Positions 54,101 through 64,000 of a DNA stretch of 64,000 nt are shown here, one piece after another; the stretch's first letter is position 1; each line of letters opens with the position of its first letter. Under the pieces are notes generated by a model. That model searched no databases and was not told the origin of the DNA. It was given only the letters and a program-made list of their open reading frames with translations. Position numbers and translations under genes: made by a program. This stretch comes from Octopus sinensis (taxonomy: Eukaryota). The DNA lies in contig NC_042998.1 in NCBI RefSeq assembly GCF_006345805.1, positions 91,512,001 to 91,576,000 on the forward strand. Reading direction: 5' to 3'.

Positions 54101-57100
54101 TGATAAACCTGTTGAGACAACAGAGATTACCAGAATTGATATTGGTAAACCAGAAGAAGTTGTCACTGAAATTGAAAAGACAGAGGTTGATATTAAACCT
54201 GAAACTAAAGAAGAAGTGGCAATCCAATTAGAGATTTCTGATAAATCTGTTGAGAAAACAGAGATTACCAGAATTGATATTGGTAAACCAGAAGAAGTAG
54301 TCACTGAAATTGAAAAGACAGAGGTTGATATTAAACCTGAAACTAAAGAGGAAGTGGCTATCCAATTTGAGATTTCTGATAAACCTGTTGAGAAAACAGA
54401 GATTACCAGAATTGATATTGGTAAACCAGAAGAAGTAGTCACTGAAATTGAAAAGACAGAGGTTGATATTAAACCTGAAACTAAAGAGGAAGTGGCTATC
54501 CAATTTGAGATTTCTGATAAACCTGTTGAGACAACAGAGATTACCAGAATTGATATTGGGAAACCAGAAGAAGTAGTCACTGAAATTGCAAAGACAGAGG
54601 TTGATATTAAACCTGAAACTAAAGAGGAAGTGGCAATCCAATTTGAGATTTCTGATAAACCTGTTGAGAAAACAGAGATTACCAGAATTGACATTGGTAA
54701 ACCAGAAGAAGTAGTCACTGAAATTGAAAAGACAGAGGTTGATATTAAACCTGAAACTAAAGAGGAAGTGGCTTTCCAACTTGAGATTTCTGATAAACAT
54801 GTTGAGAAAACAGAGATTACCAGAATTGATATTGGTAAACGAGAAGAAGTAGTCACTGAAATTGAAAAGACAGAGGTTGATATTAAACCTGAAGCTAAAG
54901 AGGAAGTGGCAATCCAATTTGAGATTTCTGATAAACCTGTTGAGAAAACAGAGATTACCAGAATTGACATTGGTAAACCAGAAGAAGTAGTCACTGAAAT
55001 TGAAAAGACAAGCGTTGATATTAAACCTGAAACTAAAGAGGAAGTGGCTATCCTTTGAGATTTCTGATAATCTTTGAGAAAACAGAGATTACCAGAATTG
55101 ATATTGGTAAACCAGAGGAAGTAGTCACTGAAATTGAAAAGACAGAGGTTGATATTAAACCTGCAACTAAAGAGGAAGTGGCGATCCAATTTGAGATTTC
55201 TGATAAACCTGTTGAGACAACAGTGATTACCAGAATTGATATTGGTAAACCAGAAGAAGTAGTCACTGAATTTGAAAAGACAGAGGTTGGTATTAAACCT
55301 AAAACTAAAGAGGAAGTGGCTATCCAGTTTGAGATTTCTGATAAATCTATTGAGAAAACAGAGATTACCAGAATTGATATTGGTAAACCAAAAGAAGTTG
55401 TGACTGAAATTGAAAAGACAGAGGTTGATATTAAACCTGAAACTAAAGAGGAAGTGGCTATCCAACTTGAGATTTCTGATAAACCTGTTGAGACAACAGA
55501 GTTTACCAGGATTGATATTGTTAAACCAGAAGAAGTAGTCACTGAAATTGAAAAGACAGAGGTTGATATTAAACCTGAAACTAAAGAGGAAGTGGCTATC
55601 CAATTTGAGATTTCTGATAAACCTGTTGAGACAACAGAGATTACCAGAATTGATATAGGTAAACCAGAAGAAGTAGTCACTGAAATTGAAAACAGAGGTT
55701 GATATTAAACCTGAAACTAAAGAGGAAGTGGCAATCCAATTTGAGATTTCTGATAAACCTGTTGAGAAAACAGAGATTACCAGAATTGACATTGGTAAAC
55801 CAGAAGAAGTAGTCACTGAAATTGAAAAGACAGAGGTTGATATTAAACCTGAAACTAAAGAAGAAGTGGCAATCCAATTAGAGATTTCTGATAAATCTGT
55901 TGAGAAAACAGAGATTACCAGAATTGATATTGGTAAACCAGAAGAAGTAGTCACTGAAATTGAAAAGACAGAGGTTGATATTAAACCTGAAACTAAAGAG
56001 GAAGTGGCTATCCAATTTGAGATTTCTGATAAACCTGTTGAGAAAACAGAGATTACCAGAATTGATATTGGTAAACCAGAAGAAGTAGTCACTGAAATTG
56101 AAAAGACAGAGGTTGATATTAAACCTGAAACTAAAGAGGAAGTGGCTATCCAATTTGAGATTTCTGATAAACCTGTTGAGAAAACAGAGATTACCAGAAT
56201 TGATATTGGGAACCAGAAGAAGTAGTCACTGAAATTGAAAAGACAGAGGTTGATATTAAACCTGAAACTAAAGAGAAGTGGCAATCCAATTTGAGATTTC
56301 TGATAAACCTGTTGAGAAAACAGAGATTACCAGAATTGACATTGGTAAACCAGAAGAAGTAGTCACTGAAATTGAAAAGACAGAGGTTGATATTAAACCT
56401 GAAACTAAAGATGAAGTGGCTTTCCAACTTGAGATTTCTGATAAACCTGTTGAGAAACAGAGATTACCAGAATTGATATTGGTAAACGAGAAGAAGTAGT
56501 CACTGAAATTGAAAAGACAGAGGTTGATATTAAACCTGAACTAAAGGAAGTGGCAATCCAATTTGAGATTTCTGATAAACCTGTTGAGAAAACAGAGATT
56601 ACCAGAATTGACATTGGTAAACCAGAAGAAGTAGTCACTGAAATTGAAAAGACAGCGGTTGATATTAAACCTGAAACTAAAGAGGAAGTGGCTATCCAAT
56701 TTGAGATTTCTGATAAATCTTTTGAGAAAACAGAGATTACCAGAATTGATATTGGTAAACCAGAGGAAGTAGTCACTGAAATTGAAAAGACAGAGGTTGA
56801 TATTAAACCTGCAACTAAAGAGGAAGTGGCGATCCAATTTGAGATTTCTGATAAACCTGTTGAGACAACAGTGATTACCAGAATTGATATTGGTAAACCA
56901 GAAGAAGTAGTCACTGAATTTGAAAAGACAGAGGTTGGTATTAAACCTAAACTAAAGAGGAAGTGGCTATCCAGTTTGAGATTTCTGATAAATCTATTGA
57001 GAAAACAGAGATTACCAGAATTGATATTGGTAAACCAAAAGAAGTTGTGACTGAAATTGAAAAGACAGAGGTTGATATTAAACCTGAAACTAAAGAGGAA

Positions 57101-60100
57101 GTGGCTATCCAACTTGAGATTTCTGATAAACCTGTTGAGACAACAGAGTTTACCAGGATTGATATTGTTAAACCAGAAGAAGTAGTCACTGAAATTGAAA
57201 AGACAGAGGTTGATATTAAACCTGAATGTAAAGAGGAAGTGGCAATCCAATTTGAGATTTCTGATAAATCTGTTGAGAAAACAGAGATTACCAGAATTGA
57301 TATTGGTAAACCAGAAGAAGTAGTCACTGAAATTGAAAAGACAGAGGTTGATATTAAACCTGAAACTAAAGAGGAAGTGGCTATCCAATTTGAGATTTCT
57401 GATAAACCTGTTGAGAAAACAGAGATTACCAGAATTGATATTGGGAAACCAGAAGAAATAGTCACTGAAATTGAAAAGACAGAGGTTGATATTAAACCTG
57501 AAACTAAAGAGGAAGTGACTATCCAACTTGTGATTTCTGAGAAACCTGTTGAGAAAACAGAGATTACCAGTATCGATATTGGTAAACCAGAAGAAGTAGT
57601 CACTGAAATTGAAAAGACAGAGGTTGATATTAAACCTGAAACTAAAGAGGAAGTGGCTATCCAATTTGAGATTTCTGATAAACCTGTTGAGACAACAGAG
57701 ATTACCAGAATTGATATTGTTAAAGCAGAAGAAGTAGTCACTGAAATAGAAAAGACAGAGGTTGATATTAAACCTGAAACTAAAGAAGAAGTGGCAATCC
57801 AATTTGAGATTTCTGATAAATCTGTTGAAACAAGAGATTACCAGAATTGATATTGGTAAACAGAAGAAGTAGTCACTGAAATTGAAAAGACAGAGGTTGA
57901 TATTAAACCTGAATCTAAAGAGGAAGTGGCAATCCAATTGAGATTTCTGATAAACCTGTTGAGAAAACAGAGATTACCAGAATTGACATTGGTAAACCAG
58001 AAGAAGTAGTCACTGAAATTGAAAAGACAGAGGTTGATATTAAACCTGAAACTAAAGAGGAAGTGACTATCCAACTTGTGATTTCTGAGAAACCTGTTGA
58101 GAAAACAGAGATTACCAGTATCGATATTGGTAAACAAGAAGAAGTAGTCTCTGAAATTGAAAAGACAGAGGTTGATTTTAAACCTGAAACTAAAGAGGAA
58201 GTGGCTATCCAATTTGAGATTTCTGATAAACCTGTTGAGACAACAGAGATTACCAGAATTGATATTGTTAAAGCAGAAGAAGTAGTCACTGAAATAGAAA
58301 AGACAGAGGTTGATATTAAACCTGAAACTAAAGAAGAAGTGGCAATCCAATTTGAGATTTCTGATAAATCTGTTGAGAAAACAGAGATTACCAGAATTGA
58401 TATTGGTAAACCAGAAGAAGTAGTGACTGAAATTGAAAAGACAGAGGTTGATATTAAACCTGAATCTAAAGAGGAAGTGGCAATCCAATTTGAGATTTCT
58501 GATAAACCTGTTGAGAAAACAGAGATTACCAGAATTGACATTGGTAAACCAGAAGAAGTAGTCACTGAAATTGAAAAGACAGAGGTTGATGTTAAACCTG
58601 AAACTAAAGAGGAAGTGGCTATCCAATTTGAGATTTCTGATGAATCTTTTGAGAAAACAGAGATTACCAGAATTGATATTGGTAAACTAGAAGAAGTAGT
58701 CACTGAAATTGAAAAGACAGAGGTTGATATTAAACCTGAAACTAAAGAGGAAGTGACTATCCAACTTGAGATCTCTGCGAAACCTGTTGAGAAAACAGAG
58801 ATTACCAGTATCGATATTGGTAAACCAGAAGAAGTAGTCACTGAAATTGAAAAGACAGAGGTTGATATTAAACCTGAAACTAAAGAGGAAGTGGCAATCC
58901 AATTTGAGATTTCTGATAAACCTGTTGAGAAAACAGAGATTACCAGAATTGAAATTGGTAAACCAGAAGAAGTAGTCACTGAATTGAAAAGACAGAGGTT
59001 GATATTAAACCTGAAACTAAAGAGGTGTGGCTATCCAATTTGAGATTTCTGATAAACCTGTTGAGACAACAGAGATTACCAGAATTGATATTGGTAAAGC
59101 AGAAGAAGTAGTCACTGAAATAGAAGAGACAGAGGTTGATATTAAACCTGAAACTAAAGAGGAAGTGGCTATACAACTTGCGATTTCTGAGAAACCTGTT
59201 GAGAAAACAGAGATTACCAGTATCAATATTGGTAAACCAGAAGAAGTAGTCACTAAAATTGAAAAGACAGAGGTTGATATTAAACCTGAAACTAAAGAGG
59301 AAGTGGCTGTCCAACTTGAGATTTCTGATAAACCTGTTGAGAAAACAGAGATTACCAGAATTGACATTGGTAAACCAGAAGTAGTCACTGAAATTGAAAA
59401 GACAGAGGTTGATATTAAACCTGAAACTAAAGAGGAAGTGGCTGTCCAACTTGAGATTTCTGATAAAGCTGTTGAGAAAACAGAGATTACCAGAATTGAC
59501 ATTGGTAAACCAGAAGAAGTAGTCACTGAAATTGAAAAGACAGAGGTGGATATTAAACCTGAAACTAAAGAGGAAGTGGCTATCCAATTTGAGATTTCTG
59601 ATAAACCGGTTGAGAAAACAGAGATTACCAGAATTGATATTGGGAAACCAGAAGAAGTAGTCACTGAAATCGAAATGACAGAGGTTGATATTAAACCTGA
59701 AACTGAAGAGGATGTGGCTATCCAACTTGAGATTTCTGATAAACCTGTTGAGAAAACAGAGATTACCAGAATTGATATTGGTAAACCAGAAGAAGTATTC
59801 ACTGAAATTGAAAAGACAGAGGTTGATATTAAACCTGAAACTAAAGAGGAAGTGGCTATCCAACTTGAGAATTCTGATAAACCTGTTGAGACAAAAGAGA
59901 TTACCAGAATTGATATTGGTAAACTAGAAGAAGTAATCACTGAAATTGAAAAGACAGAGGTTGATATTAAACCTGAAACTAAAGAGGAAGTGGCAATCCA
60001 ATTAGAGATTTCTGATAAATCTGTTGAGAAAACAGAGATTACCAGAATTGACATTGGTAAACCAGAAGAAGTTGTCACTGAAATTGAAAAGACAGAGGTT

Positions 60101-63100
60101 TATATTAAACCTGAAACTAAAGAAGGAGTGGCAATCCAATTTGAGATTTCTGATAAATCTGTTGATACAACAGAGATTACCAGAATTGATATTGTTAAAC
60201 CAGAAGAAGTTGTCACTGAAATTGAAAAGAGAGAGGTTGATATTAAACCTGAAACTAAAGAGGAAGTGGCAATACAACTTCAGATTTCCGATAAACCTGT
60301 TGAGACTACAGAGATTACCAGAATTGATATTGGTAAACCAGAAGAAATAGTCACTGAAATTGAAAAGACAGAGGTTGATATTAAACCTGAAACTAAAGAG
60401 GAAGTGGCTCTCCAACTTGAGATTTCTGATAAACCTGTTGAGATAACAGAGATTACTAGAATTGACATTGGTAAACCAGAAGAAGTAGTCACAGTAATTG
60501 AAAAGACAGAGGTTGATATTAAACCTGAAACTAAAGAGGAAGTGGCTATCCAACTTGATATTTCTGATAAACCTGTTGAGAAAACAGAGATTACCAGAAT
60601 TGATATTGGTAAACCAGAAGAAGTAGTCACTGAAATTGAAAAGACAGAGGTTGATATTAAACCTGAAACTAAAGAGGAAGTGGCTATCCAATCTGAGATT
60701 TCTGATAAACCTGTTGAGACAACAGAGATTACCAGAATTGATATTGGGAAACCAGAAGAAGTAGTCACTGAAATTGAAAAGACAGAGATTGATATTAAAC
60801 CTGAAACTAAAGAGGAAGTGGTTATCCAACTTGAGATTTCTGAGAAACCTGTTGAGAAAACAGAGATTACCAGTATCAATATTGGTAAACCAGAAGAAGT
60901 AGTCACTGAAATTGAAAAGACAGAGGTTGATATTAAACCTGAAACTAAAGAGGAAGTGACTATCCAACTTGAGATTTCTGAGAAACCTGTTGAGAAAACA
61001 GAGATTACCAGTATCGATATTGGTAAACCAGAAGAAGTAGTCACTGAAATTGAAAAGACAGAGGTTGATATTAAACCTGAAACTAAAGAGGAAGTGGTAA
61101 TCCAATTTGAGATTTCTGATAAACCTGTTGAGAAAACAGAGATTACCAGAATTGAAATTGGTAAACCAGAAGAAGTAGTCACTGAAATTGAAAAGACAGA
61201 GGTTGATATTAAACCTGAAACTAAAGAGGAAGTGGCTATCCAATTTGAGATTTCTGATAAACCGGTTGAGAAAACAGAGATTACCAGAATTGATATTGGG
61301 AAACCAGAAGAAGTAGTCACTGAAATTGAAATGACAGAGGTTGATATTAAACCTGAAACTGAAGAGGATGTGGCTATCCAACTTGAGATTTCTGATAAAC
61401 CTGTTGAGAAAACAGAGATTACCAGAATTGACATTGGTAAACCAGAAGAAGTAGTCACTGAATTTGAAAAGACAGAGGTTGATATTAAACCTGAAACTAA
61501 AGAGGAAGTGGCTATCCAATTTGAGATTTCTGATAAACCTGTTGAGATAACAGAGATTACCAGAATTGATATTGGTAAACCAGAAGAAGTTGTCACTGAA
61601 ATTGAAAAGACAGAGGTTGATATTAAACCTGAAACTAAAGGAGTGGCAATCCAATTTGAGATTTCTGATAAATCTTTTGATACAACAGAGATTACCAGAA
61701 TTGATATTGTTAAACCAGAAGAATTTGTCACTGAAATTGAAAAGAGAGAGGTTGATATTAAGCCTGAAACTAAAGAGGAAGTGGCAATACAACTTCAGAT
61801 TTCCGATAAACCTGTTGAGACTCCAGAGACTACCAGAATTGATATTGGTAAATCAGAAGAAGTAGTCACAGATATTGAAAAGACAGAGGTTGAGATTAAA
61901 CCTGAAACTAAAGAGGAAGTGGCTATCCAATCTGAGATTTCTGATAAACCTGTTGAGACAACAGAGATTACCAGAAGTGATATTGGGAAACCAGAAGAAG
62001 TAGTCACTGAAATTGAACAGACAGAGGTTGATATTAAACCTGAATCTAAAGAGGAAGTGGCAATCCAATTTGAGATTTCTGATAAATCTGTTGAGAAAAC
62101 AGAGATTACCAGAATTGATATTGATAAACCAGAAGAAGTAGTCACTGAAATTGAAAAGACAGAGGTTGATATTAAACCTGAAACTAAAGAGGAAGTGGCT
62201 ATCCAATCTGAGATTTCTGATAAACCTTTTGAGACAACAGAGATTACCAGAATTGATATTGGGAAACCAGAAGAAGTAGTCACTGAAATTGAAAAGACAG
62301 AGGTTGATATTAAACCTGAAACTAAAGAGGAAGTGGCTATACAACTTGTGATTTCTGAGAAACCTGTTGAGAAAACAGAGATTACCAGTATCAATATTGG
62401 TAAACCAGAAGAAGTAGTCACTAAAATTGAAAAGACAGAGGTTGATATTAAACCTGAAACTAAAGAGGAAGTGGCTGTCCAACTTGAGATTTCTGATAAA
62501 CCTGTTGAGAAAACAGAGATTACCAGAATTGATATTGTTAAACCAGAAGAAGTTGTCACTGAATTTGAAAAGACAGAGGTTGATATTAAACATGAAACTA
62601 AAGAGGAAGTGGCTATCCAATTTGAGATTTCTGATAAACCTGTTGAGATGACAGAGATTACCAGAATTGATATTGGTAAACCAGAAGAAGTTGTCACTGA
62701 AATTGAAAAGACAGAGGTTGATATTAAACCTGAAACTAAAGAAGAAGTGGCAATCCAATTCGAGATTTCTGATAAATCTGTTGATAAAACAGAGATTACC
62801 AGAATTGATATTGTTAAACCAGAAGAAGTTGTCACTGAAATTGAAAAGACAGAGGTTGATATTAAACCTGAAACTAAAGAGGAAGTGGCAATACAACTTC
62901 AGATTTCCGATAAACCTGTTGAGACTACGGAGATTACCAGAATTGATATTGGTAAACCAGAAGAAGTACTTACTGAAATTGAAAAGACAGATATTGATAT
63001 TAAACCAGAATCTAAAGAGGAAGTGGCTATCGAACTTGAGATTTCTGATAAACCTTTTGAGAAAATAGAGATTACCAGAATTGATATTGGTAAACCAGAA

Positions 63101-64000
63101 GAAGTAGTCACTGAAATTGAAAAGACCGTCGTTGATATTAAACCTGAAACTAAAGAGGAAGTGGCTATCCAATTTGAGATTTCTGATAAACCTGTTGAGA
63201 CAACAGAGATTACCAGAATTGATATTGGTAAACCAGAAGAAGTTGTCACTGAAATTGAAAAGACAGAGGTTGATATTAAACCTGAAACAAAAGAGGAAGT
63301 GGCAATCCAATTTGAGATTTCTGATAAATCTGTTGAGAAAACAGAGATTACCAGAATTAATATTGGTAAACCAGAAGAAGTTGTCACTGAAATTGAAAAG
63401 ACAGAGGTTGATATTAAACCTGAAACTAAAGAGGAAGTTGCTATCGAAATTGTGATTTGTGATAAATCTGTTGAGAAAACAGAGATTACCAGAATTGATA
63501 TTGGTAAACTAGAAGAAGTAGTGACTGAAATTGAAAAGACAGAGTTTGATATTAAACCTGAAACTAAAGAGGAAGTGGCTATCCAACTTGAGATTTCTGA
63601 TAAACCCGTTGAGAATACAGAGATTACTAGAATCGATATTGTTAAACCAGAAGAAGTAGTCACTGAAATCGAAAAGACAGAGGTCGATATTAAACCTGAA
63701 ACTAAAGAGGAAGTGGCTATCCAACTTGAGATTTCTGATAAACCTGTTGAGAAAACAGAGATTACCAGAATTGTTATTGGTGAATCAGAAGAAGTAGTCC
63801 CTGAATTTGAGAAGAAAGATCTTGATATTAAACCTGAAGCAAAACAGGAAGTGGCTATCCAACATGAGATTTCTGATAAACCTGTTGAGACAACAGAGAT
63901 TACCAGAATTGATATTGGGAAACCAGAAGAAGTAGTCACTGAAATTGAAAAGACAAAGGTTGATATTAAACCTGAAACTAAAGAGGAAGTGTCTATCCAA
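48118..64000 (+). CDS. Giant exon B (at least 15.9 kb, runs off the window), paralogue of exon A
   Basis: Acceptor tttatattag|GTGATTTGCCAGTT matches exon A. Intact ORF 48123-51824; many 1-nt deletions 51764-59030; the same frame at 59144 and 63968 suggests an unbroken frame to the window end. Confidence 0.85.
49690..64000 (+). repeat. Coding tandem array of 138-bp (46-aa) units, about 104 copies in the window
   Basis: Unit KPVEKTEITRIDIG-KPEEVVTEIEKTEVDI-KPETKEEVAIQLEISD; copy number estimated as 14310/138. Confidence 0.95.

Noticed and set aside
49685-63939. Very long antisense ORFs (up to 999 aa; Ser/Ile/Thr-rich or Phe/Asn-rich), also in 31307-39331
   Set aside because: They are shadows of the repetitive sense frame, share its 138-bp period and switch at the same indels; no independent gene signals.
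49690-64000. CRISPR-like regular array
   Set aside because: Contiguous units with no unique spacers, in-frame coding, eukaryotic context and no cas genes.

Overview
AT-rich, microsatellite-dense eukaryotic genomic DNA. The SINE/LINE families and (TA)n load look like Octopus or another coleoid cephalopod (recognised from memory, not searched). The window lies inside one very large + strand gene. It holds two paralogous giant coding exons: exon A (31161-39282, about 8.1 kb, phase 1-1) and exon B (48118 to beyond 64000, at least 15.9 kb). Both encode Glu/Lys/Val/Ile/Thr/Pro-rich (PEVK-like) repeats built from a 402-aa macro-unit and a 46-aa (138 bp) unit. No Ig, FN3, ankyrin or spectrin domain is visible, so the gene cannot be named; a titin/sallimus-like protein is the default guess, and giant ankyrin, nesprin or spectraplakin are alternatives. 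Single-base deletions break the reading frames and look like assembly errors. The rest is intron: tRNA-derived SINEs, RTE and CR1-type LINE fragments, Penelope-like fragments, TA/CA microsatellites and a 0.79 kb tandem duplication. Most notable: a duplicated recursive-splice-site (AG|GTAAG plus downstream donor) module upstream of each giant exon; a six-fold repeated LIR/FFAT-like motif in the protein; satellite-like higher-order repeats inside coding exon B; and degenerate hammerhead and HDV-like ribozyme relics in the introns.
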